Below are positions 1 to 9,200 of a stretch of DNA of 60,252 nucleotides, piece by piece. Source of the stretch: a virus (taxonomy: Duplodnaviria; Caudoviricetes); the IMG/VR virus record IMGVR_UViG_3300021599_001627, positions 1 through 60,252 of that record; one strand, written 5' to 3'. Both the position numbers and the translations under genes were made by a program. The notes under the pieces are model-generated. The model was not told the origin of the DNA and made no database searches. It saw only the letters and a program-made list of their open reading frames with translations. The stretch's first letter is position 1; every line of letters starts with the position of its first letter.

Positions 1-416
1 TCGCCCTCGGAGATGCTGCCTTTGCCGCACTTGAGGTCCAGGCGCTCGGCAGCGTCGAGACGGGCTCGGATGTAGGAACGGCTGCGGCCTTGGATGCCGA
101 GTTCGCAGGCGGCGAGGTACTCCTGAGGGGTTAGGGCGTCGTTGCGGTCCATCTTCTTGGCGTAGCCGCTGCCACAACCGCCGTCGCAGGAGCACTTTTC
201 GCCTTTCGTCGCACCACAGCCGCAGTCGCTGTCCATCGGGGCCTTGGTGGACTTGGCGTTCTTGGCGCTGCGCTTGCGGTTGGTCTTGCCCTTCGGCGCG
301 TCGTCAGGCGCGGCGCCTTCGCGGGTCTCTTCAGCGGCGGATTCGGCGCTTTCGTGGGCTTTGCCCTCGCCGGGCTCCATCTCCATCGGTGGGCGCTTTT
401 TGGTGGCGACGGCCAT
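1..416 (-). CDS. Hypothetical head-module protein (partial, runs off left edge)
   Basis: Translated by hand, not in ORF track: ATG at 416, MAVATKKRPPMEMEPGEGKAHESAES...KKMDRNDA...RARLDAAERLDLKCGKGSISEG, open to position 1. Same strand as MuF/portal; TACACT -10-like hexamer at ~453-458. Confidence 0.75.
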   Translation of the reverse strand, partial: MAVATKKRPPMEMEPGEGKAHESAESAAEETREGAAPDDAPKGKTNRKRSAKNAKSTKAPMDSDCGCGATKGEKCSCDGGCGSGYAKKMDRNDALTPQEYLAACELGIQGRSRSYIRARLDAAERLDLKCGKGSISEG

Positions 417-473
417 AGCAGTAGGGCGACGCCGCCCAGGATGTGATAGGCCAGTGTAAGAACCAGTTTCTGT

Positions 474-1346
474 CTAGGACAGCGGTGTGGGTGCAAGTTG
501 CTCGAATACCGCGGCCTTGTTGAGAGAAACAGGCTCGGTGCCTGCGGTGGCGAAAGCCTTGGCCACGTCAGCTTTATGCAGTTTCTGCATAGCCGCGTAG
601 TCCGGGTCCATCGAGGCCACGTCGGCGTCCCACGGGGCGAGGTAGCACCGGCAGCGCGGGTGGAGTGGTGCCTGGAGCTCGGCGCGGCGGTAGATCTGGG
701 CCGCTCTCGGGGCGCAAAACGGGCAGAGGCGGTCGTCGGCGGTGGCGTAGTACATCACCAGCTCGATGCCCTGCGCGGCGTAGTACGTGTTCGATGCGTC
801 GTTGTAGGCGCGCAACGATTCGGTGCGGACAATTGCTTCGGCGCGGGACTTCACCACGCCGAGCCGAGAGCGCATGTCCTGCACCATGGCGTCGGTGGGG
901 CGGCCTTCGGCGATGCCTTGGGCGACGGTTTCGGCTGCGGTCTCGGCGAACTTCTCGCCGTGGCGACGTAGGTAGCCCTTGGCCTGGCCGGCGGCGGTGA
1001 TCGTCGCTTCCAGGGGGATGGAGACATCGACGCGTGGGCCGGTCTTCACCTGACCGGTGAGCTCATCGGCGACGGTGATGCCAAAACGCCCGGCGGTGCC
1101 CACGAGGTTGCGCAGGATGCGGTCGTAGCCGTCCGCAGCGTTGGGGTTGAACGACGGGACCAGCATCCGGAACTCCTGCAGCAGCGCCAAGTTGCGCTGA
1201 GTCGGGTCGCTGTAGCCCGCCTGCATGTGCACCCGAGCGCGACGGACCAGGCGATTGAAGCTCGCGTCGAGGACACGGTTCAGCATGGTGATGGTGCCGC
1301 TCTCGGAGGTGTGGAGGAGGCGGTTGTAGCGCTCAAGCAGGTCCAT
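474..1346 (-). CDS. Minor head morphogenesis protein, MuF / SPP1 gp7 family
   Basis: RAEAIVRTES, DDRLCPFCAPR and PLHPRCRC motifs; start moved to MDLLERY (1346), overlapping the upstream stop. Confidence 0.9.
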   Translation of the reverse strand: MDLLERYNRLLHTSESGTITMLNRVLDASFNRLVRRARVHMQAGYSDPTQRNLALLQEFRMLVPSFNPNAADGYDRILRNLVGTAGRFGITVADELTGQVKTGPRVDVSIPLEATITAAGQAKGYLRRHGEKFAETAAETVAQGIAEGRPTDAMVQDMRSRLGVVKSRAEAIVRTESLRAYNDASNTYYAAQGIELVMYYATADDRLCPFCAPRAAQIYRRAELQAPLHPRCRCYLAPWDADVASMDPDYAAMQKLHKADVAKAFATAGTEPVSLNKAAVFEQLAPTPLS

Positions 1347-4029
1347 AAATGCGCGGCGGCTTCTTCTCATCGACAGCATCACCACGGATCATGTTCCGCA
1401 GCATGTCGAATTGGTCTTCTGGGATCTCGGTGAATTTGCCTTGGTTCTTCAGGGCCCAGAGCTTGTCCCCCTTGAGGCCGGGAATTGCCTTGAACCCGAA
1501 ACCCTCATAGATCGACTTGCGCTTCGCACCCTTGCCGTCGGCCTTATGGGGGACCGCGAAGAGGAAAGCGTCGTCGGGCAGCATGTCCAGCTGCGCCTTG
1601 TACATGGCCTTGGTGGTCCGGAGCAGCTGGCGAGCTTGACCGCTAGGCATACCGCCCTCGGCGTCATAAGTGGTGTTGATTGTGAAGCCCAAGCCGAACT
1701 GAGGGAACTTGCCGATGTTCGCTTTGCGCTCAGCACCGAAGGTCAGCAGGCTGTCTCCAACTGATCCAATCGATAGGTGAGTGCCGTTGGCAGTCACCCA
1801 GGTCGAAAAGTTGTGATCAACGTCGACCGCTTTGATCTGAGCGCCTTGGGCCCGCAAAGCCATGTGCGCTGCGGCCAGCTTGGCATCCCCTACCAACTTG
1901 CGTGCAGGCTCTCGGAACTGTTCGGGCAGTTTGTCTAGCCCGGCTTTCACCTGAGCCGTCGACAGCTTGCGGATTGCCTCCTGACTCAGGCCGGGGACCA
2001 AGGCAGCGCGGTTGCGATAGGCCAGCAGTCCGCCAACGGTCAGACCCGCTCCGGCGGTCAGAGCAACTGCAGCGCCGATAGCCCGTCCTCGTGGGGCTGC
2101 ACCCCTGCTCAGTTGTTCACCGGCACCTCGCCCCTTGCTGCACTCATGCGCCTTCGGGATGTACGAAGCGCCGCAGGGCTTTCCCAGGCGGGGGTTCTCC
2201 TTGAAGTCGGCGCGGGCGGCGAGGTAGGTGGCAGTGCGCACGAGCTCGGGGGCGAAATCGTCTTCGTCACCGCGCCTGGCGATGATCCGGTCGGCCTCGG
2301 CAGCGGCGGCCTCGGGGCTGAGGCCGTTTGTGCCACGCATCAGCATGCTGATCAGCTCGCTGCGTGAACGCAGCCGACGGCGGGCGGGGCGTTCAGCGCC
2401 CGTAGCAGGACGCGCCGGGCGGCTGGCCGCTGCTCCGGAAGGCCGCCGGGCAAGACGTGGAAAGCCGTTGGCGCGCAGGAATTCGACCGCGTCATCGGTA
2501 TTCGAGCCGGTCCAGCCCATGTCCTGGGCTGCGTAGCGGATCGCCCCATCGGAGGTGGCGTTCCAGGTGGAGCGGGTACGACCGCTGTAGTTGCCGGGGA
2601 CCACCTTCTCGTACCAGACCTTTTGCAGGACGAGCTCGGCGTGGTTGGCGCCACGGATCGTGTAGCTGTCCGCCAGGCCGACGTCGCGCTTGACCCGGTT
2701 GGCGGTGCCGACAAGCGCCGTGCGGATCGAAGCGCCGGCTTCACCGCTGGCGATGACGCGGGTGGTCGGAGAGGTGTCCTCTTTGATCGTGCGGGCGAAG
2801 TCGCCAAAGCTCTTGTCGAACCCTTTCTGGGTTTCCTCGAAGATCCCGCTGGCGATTGTGCGCGTGCTGATCTCGTCTTTGCTCGTTTTGCCGACAGAGA
2901 CGATGTCTCGGATGTAGCCGCCAAGCATGTCATTGGCGCCCTGCTGCTGGTCCGGGTTCAGGCCACGCATCCGTGGGGCGGCCGAGGACCGGGCGATCTC
3001 CACGTACCGGTTCACATCGGTGGCATTCTTCGGGTCAAGGCCCCGCTGCAGCATGTCCTGTCGCATGCTGGTGCGCGCCGACGTCAGCGCAGTGCTCAGC
3101 CTGTTCTCGATGTGGAAGCGAGAGCCGGCACCGTCACGATTGGTGATCGTCGAGGGGTCGATGCTGAACTGACGCGCCAGGTGGTGCGCAGTAGCAACTT
3201 CGCTGTACAGGCTCTTGCCGCCTACGTTGGCACCGATTGTTGAACCCATAAGGTCCGATCTGAAATTGGCGTAGTTGCCGCTGCCTTTACGCGCGTACGC
3301 CTCTTTGATTGCGGTGTCCAGGCCGGTGAAGGCACGCCGCTCTCGGGTGCTCACATGTGGGAAATAGCGTTCACCGCCGCCAGCGTTGGCGGGGTCGAAG
3401 GAAAGGTTGCGAGACACAGCGCGACCCAGGCGCTGGGCTTCGAGGCCAGCACGACGGCGCTCCTGTACACGCAGTTGGCCACTGAACGGCACTCGGTCGA
3501 GCCCCCAGCTGACCGCGCTGGTCATGGAGGTCTCGATGTCCCGCCCAATCCCGTTGCGGTACTGCGGGACCAGCAGCTTCATCCCCTCGTGGCCGCGCTG
3601 GAGGGCCCAGATGCCGAAAACAGCTGTCGCAACAGGAAGCAGAACCTTATTGACGTTCTTGCGCAGGGCTTCCTTCTGCTTGATGTTTTGACCGGGTACT
3701 GCCTTGACGATGCCGCGTTCGATAGCAGCTCTGCCGCCTTGGATATCGACAAGACTTCCTTTCTTGAAGCCTGTTACAAGACGGCGGCGGCCTCGGGCGA
3801 TTGAAGCGGCACCGGCCAGTGGGTCACCGGCGACCACCCGCGAGTGCGAGTCAGTGCCTTCGCCTTTGACCCGGCAGTTCCAGTTCGGTGGGATGCAGCG
3901 GTCACCGCAGACACGGTTGGGCGGGTTGCACTTAGGGCCTTTGGCGCTGCGGAAGTCCAGGCGCTCTCGGGCGGCCAGGTACGCCGCGGTGCGGAAGCCG
4001 TCGGGCGTTAGGGGGTGCTGGTTGTCCAT
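1333..4029 (-). CDS. Large (~898 aa) putative virion/head cargo protein with two repeated Cys-motif modules
   Basis: Long ORF between portal and MuF; TGATG stop/start coupling with the portal at 4029; repeated TAxYLAAR..(R)xDF...CG...IP...C motif. Confidence 0.8.
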   Translation of the reverse strand: MDNQHPLTPDGFRTAAYLAARERLDFRSAKGPKCNPPNRVCGDRCIPPNWNCRVKGEGTDSHSRVVAGDPLAGAASIARGRRRLVTGFKKGSLVDIQGGRAAIERGIVKAVPGQNIKQKEALRKNVNKVLLPVATAVFGIWALQRGHEGMKLLVPQYRNGIGRDIETSMTSAVSWGLDRVPFSGQLRVQERRRAGLEAQRLGRAVSRNLSFDPANAGGGERYFPHVSTRERRAFTGLDTAIKEAYARKGSGNYANFRSDLMGSTIGANVGGKSLYSEVATAHHLARQFSIDPSTITNRDGAGSRFHIENRLSTALTSARTSMRQDMLQRGLDPKNATDVNRYVEIARSSAAPRMRGLNPDQQQGANDMLGGYIRDIVSVGKTSKDEISTRTIASGIFEETQKGFDKSFGDFARTIKEDTSPTTRVIASGEAGASIRTALVGTANRVKRDVGLADSYTIRGANHAELVLQKVWYEKVVPGNYSGRTRSTWNATSDGAIRYAAQDMGWTGSNTDDAVEFLRANGFPRLARRPSGAAASRPARPATGAERPARRRLRSRSELISMLMRGTNGLSPEAAAAEADRIIARRGDEDDFAPELVRTATYLAARADFKENPRLGKPCGASYIPKAHECSKGRGAGEQLSRGAAPRGRAIGAAVALTAGAGLTVGGLLAYRNRAALVPGLSQEAIRKLSTAQVKAGLDKLPEQFREPARKLVGDAKLAAAHMALRAQGAQIKAVDVDHNFSTWVTANGTHLSIGSVGDSLLTFGAERKANIGKFPQFGLGFTINTTYDAEGGMPSGQARQLLRTTKAMYKAQLDMLPDDAFLFAVPHKADGKGAKRKSIYEGFGFKAIPGLKGDKLWALKNQGKFTEIPEDQFDMLRNMIRGDAVDEKKPPRIYGPA

Positions 4030-5897
4030 CAGTACACCTCCCATCCGGCGCGGAGGGCCTCAAGTTCGCCCTCGGGGACGGGGGATAGCCCTGCCACATT
4101 CTGCCGAGGGAATAGCGCAGACACGCCTTGCTTGGCGGCGCGCAACGAGGCGAAGCCTGTCACGTAGGGGCCTTCAATCAGGCTGCCGTCCGGTGTGTCG
4201 AAGCGAGCTCGGTACAGCTTGTAGCTGCGGGCGCGGTTGGGGCCGAAGACCATCAGCGGGGCCGCTGCGCTGGAGTCGGTGCGCTGGCCGTCGGGCCCGA
4301 CAAGGTGACCAGCGCGGATCGCACCGGCGGTGTGGGTGACGCGGATCCGCAGGCCGTGGGCCTCGTAGTTGTCGAAGATGTCGCCGCGCTTCGTGGCAGG
4401 AGCAGGCTCAGGTGGGGCTTCGTTCTCGGGGGGCTGCGCTTCCTGCGCCGGCGGGTTCTGCAGCGCCTGGGCCTGAGCCTCGTAGCCCATCATCTGGGAC
4501 TGGAATGACGCGTCGGCCTGTGTCACGAGCTGTTCCGAGACGACGTCGTTCAGCGCGGTCTCGATGCTGTACTCCGTTCCGGCAAAACGGGATTCACGTA
4601 CTTCAATAGCGTTGAGTACTCCGAGGTTCACGTATTGGGCGTCGACCTGGGCCATCTGTAGACGCAGGGCGGCTTTTTCCTCGTTGGTCTCGGTGAATAC
4701 CGAGGGGAAGTGTGTCGCCCAGGACTGCGGTACGCGGCCTCGGGTGGGACCTTCGCGGGAGGCGAGGATGTACGAGAACACCTCGGTAACTGGGGTGCGG
4801 CAGTACACCTCCTGCCATTGCTCGACCAGCGAGGCCCAGACGCGCTCTTCGAAGCGGCCTTCCTTGCCGAGACCGCCGGGGGAGTCGCCCATCAGGATCG
4901 AGGCGGGCCAGCCGGTGGCAGCCTGGAGATCCTTGACGAAGGGGTCGGTCGCGCTCGCGATGTTGGCGAGGGCGCGGTTGAGGAACTGCAGGTCTTCCTC
5001 GACGTCGACCACCATGCCGCCGTAGACCGAGCGGCTGAGGTTGTTGGCCTCCAGGCGCTTGCGCAGGTCGCTCTCGTTGCCGGATGCGATGCGCTGGAAC
5101 AGGCCGGGGATTTTGTGGACGAACAGGTCGGCGTCGGAGGTCATCGACTCCAGGCCCGACATGGCCGACTCGTAGCGCTTGTACGCCGCCCAGATCAGTT
5201 GGAGAACACTGTGGCCCCAGCCGGTGTTGCGGGCACGGAGCTGCCAGGGCAAGTACAGCCCGTCGAAGCGGGCGACGCGGGAGCTGTGGATGCGGACGTT
5301 GACGTAGGGGCCGTCCTGCTCCGGGGTGATGCGCTGACTCGTGGTGATCCGGTAATGACTGGGTTTGGACCAGTCGGTGATTGTGAAGTCCTCGGGAATC
5401 AGCTCGTGGCGGGAGAGTGCGACGTAGCCACGGATTGCGCGGATGCGGCTGGCGTCGACGGGTTCGTCCTCGGGGAGGCCGTCGTCAATGAGCAGCACGA
5501 GGCCAGCGCCGCCGTACAAGCGCTGCAGCTTTATCACCTCAGACAAGGCAGCGTGGAACTGCGTGGCCTTCAGGTACTCCTCGAACGAGGTGGTGACGTC
5601 CTGGGCGCCGGCGTCATCACCCCCGATGGAGATTGTGGCCCGGTGGCGCAGGATGTCGTCGGCGATGGCGTCGACATAGCGACGGGGAACGCCGTGGCTG
5701 TAGAGGGCTTCGAGCTCGCCTTGCGTTAGGAGGTAATTGGAGCCGACTGAGGTAGCAGCTGTTTTGTCTTTTCCGGCAATACCCATGCCGGTGAGGACGT
5801 TGACAAGTGCACCGTCGTTTCTATTACTACTTATATCGTTCCGGAATTTATCGGAAACAAGCGGCTCCACGGCAGGAGTGGGCGGGGGGTCATACAC
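4029..5897 (-). CDS. Portal protein (DUF1073/HI1409 family) with C-terminal extension
   Basis: RLYGGAGLVL, RIHSSRVARFDG, GWGHSVL and P.SILMGDSPGG motifs; located downstream of TerL. Confidence 0.9.
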   Translation of the reverse strand: MYDPPPTPAVEPLVSDKFRNDISSNRNDGALVNVLTGMGIAGKDKTAATSVGSNYLLTQGELEALYSHGVPRRYVDAIADDILRHRATISIGGDDAGAQDVTTSFEEYLKATQFHAALSEVIKLQRLYGGAGLVLLIDDGLPEDEPVDASRIRAIRGYVALSRHELIPEDFTITDWSKPSHYRITTSQRITPEQDGPYVNVRIHSSRVARFDGLYLPWQLRARNTGWGHSVLQLIWAAYKRYESAMSGLESMTSDADLFVHKIPGLFQRIASGNESDLRKRLEANNLSRSVYGGMVVDVEEDLQFLNRALANIASATDPFVKDLQAATGWPASILMGDSPGGLGKEGRFEERVWASLVEQWQEVYCRTPVTEVFSYILASREGPTRGRVPQSWATHFPSVFTETNEEKAALRLQMAQVDAQYVNLGVLNAIEVRESRFAGTEYSIETALNDVVSEQLVTQADASFQSQMMGYEAQAQALQNPPAQEAQPPENEAPPEPAPATKRGDIFDNYEAHGLRIRVTHTAGAIRAGHLVGPDGQRTDSSAAAPLMVFGPNRARSYKLYRARFDTPDGSLIEGPYVTGFASLRAAKQGVSALFPRQNVAGLSPVPEGELEALRAGWEVY

Positions 5898-5951
5898 AGA
5901 GTCTACGAGTTGAGGCTGAATTCTTGTAAGTCACACAGATCGGGAAAAATC

Positions 5952-6035
5952 GAGAGAAACTTAGCTTCAAGGCACAAAAACTTAGAGTCCGGGCACAAGA
6001 ACTCAACTTCGACCTACAAAAACTTAGAGTCGGTT
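5952..6035. repeat. Four imperfect 21-bp tandem repeats (ABAB)
   Basis: gagagaaacttagcttcaagg / cacaaaaacttagagtccggg / cacaagaactcaacttcgacc / tacaaaaacttagagtcggtt. Confidence 0.8.
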
Positions 6036-6082
6036 CTGGCCGTGCTCGGGAGTCCATACGCTGGGTAAGCGGCATTCGGCGC

Positions 6083-6400
6083 ATGGTGGACCATCACATC
6101 GATGGATCCGTCCTCCTTTCGAAGCGTCTTGCCAAGCTGCGGTTCAGGCAGGGAATCCTCGATTCCTGGAAGTGCCTTTGCGCTTACTGCGGTAGGCCGG
6201 CGCGCACGCTCGATCATGTCCGCCCTCGGTGCAGAGGTGGGCACACCGTCGCGCAGAACCTGATCGCGGCTTGCGCAGACTGCAATCGAGCCAAGGGCTC
6301 GGAGTTGGACTGGGTTAGGTGGTTTCGGGCTCAGACGTTCTGGGATCCGGAACGGGAGGCGGACATATGGCTGTGGCTACATCCAGTCCGAACGGCGTAA
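6083..6400 (+). CDS. HNH endonuclease
   Basis: [17 protein letters not shown]...[14 protein letters not shown]. Confidence 0.9.
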   Translation: MVDHHIDGSVLLSKRLAKLRFRQGILDSWKCLCAYCGRPARTLDHVRPRCRGGHTVAQNLIAACADCNRAKGSELDWVRWFRAQTFWDPEREADIWLWLHPVRTA

Positions 6401-6626
6401 GTTTCCAGGCGCGGGATCTGGTGCAGTAGTTGGCTTGGCCAGCTAGGCGAAGACGGCGCAGAACACGGTCCACCAGGCGCGCCAGGGGTTCATACTCGAC
6501 GCCCTCGGGGGCGAGGCTGGCGATCGAGCGGGCGAGATGGGCGGTCTGGCCTTCACCGCGTGCGAGGTGCCAGCGCACTTGGTCTGCTGTCCAGTCTTCG
6601 AGCTCGGGGGAGAAGGTGTGGGGCAT
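6315..6626 (-). CDS. Hypothetical protein (possible winged helix)
   Basis: 103-aa ORF starting directly after the tRNA; its 3' end overlaps the HNH gene convergently. Confidence 0.55.
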   Translation of the reverse strand: MPHTFSPELEDWTADQVRWHLARGEGQTAHLARSIASLAPEGVEYEPLARLVDRVLRRLRLAGQANYCTRSRAWKLTPFGLDVATAICPPPVPDPRTSEPETT

Positions 6627-6698
6627 GGGGGCCGCGAGGATCGAACTCGCCTTAGACCGATTATGAGTCGGCTGCTCTCACCAGATAGCTAGACCCCC
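6626..6698 (-). tRNA. tRNA with CAT anticodon (Ile2/lysidine type or elongator Met); CCA not encoded
   Basis: GGGGGTC TA GCTA TCTGGTGA GAGC A GCCGA CTCATAA TCGGT CTAAG GCGAG TTCGATC CTCGC GGCCCCC A folds as a cloverleaf. The paired 1:72 argues against initiator. Confidence 0.93.
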
Positions 6699-6731
6699 TG
6701 GTGTTGGAATTGGAAGCGGTTAAATATACAA

Positions 6732-8213
6732 TTAAATGTGGGCGAAGAACCCCGCAGTATTAGGGGACTCGGGGACGGCGCTGCAGGCGAAAGCCAACGC
6801 CATCACAGTATCGTCATGGGCCCCTGAGGCTGCTTCGCGGGATCCAGATTCCTTTTGCTGGAAAGCACGTAGCTCGTTGGGGATGGCGCCGTTGGGGAAG
6901 ATCAGCTCGTCTCGCTCCATGTAGTACAAGATGCGATCCGTTGCTACTACTTTACTGGGACGGCTAGTGCTGAACGTCTCGATAGCATAGTTAGGCAGGA
7001 TGTTGGCGAGCGCCTCTGCGATTACGGCTCCCATCGCCTGCTTCTCCACGATTACCCGCTCCGGTAGGTAATCCTCGATGAGGGACTTCACATGGCGCAA
7101 GCTGTAATCAGTGCTCTTGCCGTTCTCGTGGTACATGGCTACGACCTCGTAGGGCGTAGCAGTGATGTCCAGTACCAGAGCGGTGAAGTAATCGTTGCCC
7201 CCGGCGTTCGGGTCAATGCCGATCACGTAAGTGCGGCCGATCGAGCCGCACTCGCGCCAGTGGCCGCGGGTGGCACGGCGGATCAGGTCTGTTGGGTAGA
7301 TCTGGGTATCGGTCGCGCCGAAGGCCAGCTCGTATTCGCTGTCCCATGCGGCTTGGGTCATGCGGCGGGACTCGCGGGTCCGCTGCGCCCACTCCGGGTC
7401 AGCCCCGTAGATCGGATGCTGGCTGTAGTGGATCGCGACGCGGTTCCACGAGTCCTGCACTTCGGCCAGGGCCGTGTTCAGCTTGACGATCTCGCGGCGG
7501 CGGACGTGGTCGTACCAGTCGACCGGCGTGCCCTGGTGCCACAGCTGGCCGAACCAGTCGAGCTCGGTGTCGGGGGTCGAGGTGACGATCACCTTGGCCG
7601 CCTCGCCCACCATGGACAAGGTCGGCATGGCGCCCCGGTAGATCTCGGCGGCGCCGTCAAGGAAGGCGCCTTCGTCCATGAACAGAACGGAGCAGCTCGG
7701 GATGCCGCGGGCGGCGCGGGGTGAGGCGGGCAGGAAGTACAGCGTGCCGCGCCCCTCGATGGCGATCTGCGTGTTGCTGTCCGTCAGGTAACGGATCGAT
7801 TCGCCCTCGATGGAGTTGGCCATGGCGCGGACTCGGCGGCCGAGCTCGGAGGCGTCCTGTTGTGTCTTGGAGAAGATCACCGCGGCGAAACCGCGCTCGG
7901 TGAGGGCGCGGCACAGCAGGTAGGAGCAGACCGTCTCCGAGGCGCCCATCTGGCGCGACTTGTTGATGATCGTGTTCGGGTGCGCGTTGATGCTCTCGAC
8001 CAGCGCGATCTGGTACGCGTATGGGTCGAACGGCGCCACCGTGCCGGCCGTGCGGATCCAGGTGCGTCGTGCGAACGACGGCCAGTCGTCCACGCCCGGC
8101 AGCTTCGTTGGGGGTACGGCCGGGTCGAAGTTCGCGGCGCGTGCGGCGCGGCGGGCCAGTTCGAGGCGCAGGCGGTCGGCGCGGCGTTGCAGCTGCGAGA
8201 GGGAGGCGGTCAT
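6732..8213 (-). CDS. terL: Terminase large subunit
   Basis: Walker A-like KSRQMGASE, Walker B VLFMDE, VTSTP, nuclease motifs IGIDP and HDDTVMALA. Confidence 0.95.
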   Translation of the reverse strand: MTASLSQLQRRADRLRLELARRAARAANFDPAVPPTKLPGVDDWPSFARRTWIRTAGTVAPFDPYAYQIALVESINAHPNTIINKSRQMGASETVCSYLLCRALTERGFAAVIFSKTQQDASELGRRVRAMANSIEGESIRYLTDSNTQIAIEGRGTLYFLPASPRAARGIPSCSVLFMDEGAFLDGAAEIYRGAMPTLSMVGEAAKVIVTSTPDTELDWFGQLWHQGTPVDWYDHVRRREIVKLNTALAEVQDSWNRVAIHYSQHPIYGADPEWAQRTRESRRMTQAAWDSEYELAFGATDTQIYPTDLIRRATRGHWRECGSIGRTYVIGIDPNAGGNDYFTALVLDITATPYEVVAMYHENGKSTDYSLRHVKSLIEDYLPERVIVEKQAMGAVIAEALANILPNYAIETFSTSRPSKVVATDRILYYMERDELIFPNGAIPNELRAFQQKESGSREAASGAHDDTVMALAFACSAVPESPNTAGFFAHI

Positions 8214-8225
8214 GGGCGCGGGGCG

Positions 8226-8690
8226 CTACGCGTCCTCGGGGTCGGCAGAGGGCAGGAGCTCGGGGCCGTCGTCCTCGGGGGTGGCGTCGGGGATCTGCAT
8301 CAGGCCGTAGATCTGCGACTCCAGGTCCGAGACGGTGCGCTCCAGCAGCTTGCGCTCCTGGTAGGCGGCGGCGCCGTTCAACAGGGCGCGGGAGGCGGCG
8401 ATGCGGTCGCTGGCGCGGGCGTTCTGGTCGCTCATGATCTCGGTGAGCGTCGCGATGGCGTCAGGCATCAACGCCAGGCCCTTGGACTCGGAGACGTCGA
8501 TCAGCTCCTGCTGCAGGGCGTAGACGGCGCGCTGGACCGCGGGGCGTTTGCGCCAGTTGTAGAGGGCGCGCTCGGAGACGCCGAGGGCGCGGGCAACTTC
8601 GCGGCAGGTCTTACCGCGGGCGAGCAGTTCGGCGGCCATGCGCTCGTTCTCGCGGAGGCCGTCAATGAGGGACGCATTTCGTGCCGGCAT
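8226..8690 (-). CDS. Putative terminase small subunit (N-terminal HTH)
   Basis: HTH TCREVARALGVSERALYNW; directly upstream of terL. Confidence 0.7.
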   Translation of the reverse strand: MPARNASLIDGLRENERMAAELLARGKTCREVARALGVSERALYNWRKRPAVQRAVYALQQELIDVSESKGLALMPDAIATLTEIMSDQNARASDRIAASRALLNGAAAYQERKLLERTVSDLESQIYGLMQIPDATPEDDGPELLPSADPEDA

Positions 8691-8731
8691 GTTCCGAACC
8701 GTGCTGAAGGTTGCCGAAGTTGTGCTTCAGA

Positions 8732-8908
8732 TTAGCGGGGAAAAGTGGGCGTGTTGTCGTCCCATTCGGGCACGAGATGGGCGCTGAGAAAGGTAGTGTT
8801 AGGGCAGAGTTCTTTTGCTGTAGTAATGGCGTGAGGCAGGTCTCGTGCCATTAAGTGCAGCGCAGGAGCGTGGGAGAACGTCACGCAGTAGAGCTGAAGG
8901 TGCTTCAT
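8732..8908 (-). CDS. Hypothetical protein (58 aa)
   Basis: Translated by hand: MKHLQLYCVTFSHAPALHLMARDLPHAITTAKELCP...; fills the operon gap. Confidence 0.6.
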   Translation of the reverse strand: MKHLQLYCVTFSHAPALHLMARDLPHAITTAKELCPNTTFLSAHLVPEWDDNTPTFPR

Positions 8909-8912
8909 TGGC

Positions 8913-9200
8913 TCAGCCCTCGCGCTGTTGTCGTTCTGCGGCGAAGTCCAGGTCGTAGTCCTTGCTGAGCTTCACCATGTCCTCGATTGGGCGGCATTCG
9001 TTGAAGGCCAGCTGGCAGGCGCCGCGCATGATCAGCTTTTCGGTCATGCCGGCAGCTCCGAGGACGCTCTCAAAGACCTTGAACCAGGCATGGATTGAGC
9101 AGTCGTCCATGTCGGCCTCCCAGGTGGTTGTCATCTCGCCGGGTTCGTCGATGGATCCTTGGCGGTAGCGCTCGTCGGTGAGCTTGATTTCGAGTTTCAC
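8913..9200 (-). CDS. Hypothetical protein
   Basis: GTG start overlapping the upstream TGA (GTGA); (M)KLEIKLTDERY... Confidence 0.65.
   Translation of the reverse strand: MKLEIKLTDERYRQGSIDEPGEMTTTWEADMDDCSIHAWFKVFESVLGAAGMTEKLIMRGACQLAFNECRPIEDMVKLSKDYDLDFAAERQQREG

Noticed and set aside
4710-5729. Long antisense ORFs (also 7860-8735, 18997-19830, 26701-27582, 29905-31089)
   Set aside because: Shadow ORFs opposite well-supported genes, as expected in high-GC DNA; no recognisable motifs.
4029-5897. Anti-CBASS Acb1 label often attached to DUF1073 portals
   Set aside because: No pair of HxT/S 2H-phosphoesterase motifs is apparent; the extension looks InPase-like instead.
5952-6035. Possible CRISPR array, or a heptad N-terminal extension of the HNH gene (in frame)
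   Set aside because: The repeats have no spacers. The frame has a TAA at 5927-5929 and no start codon before 6083.
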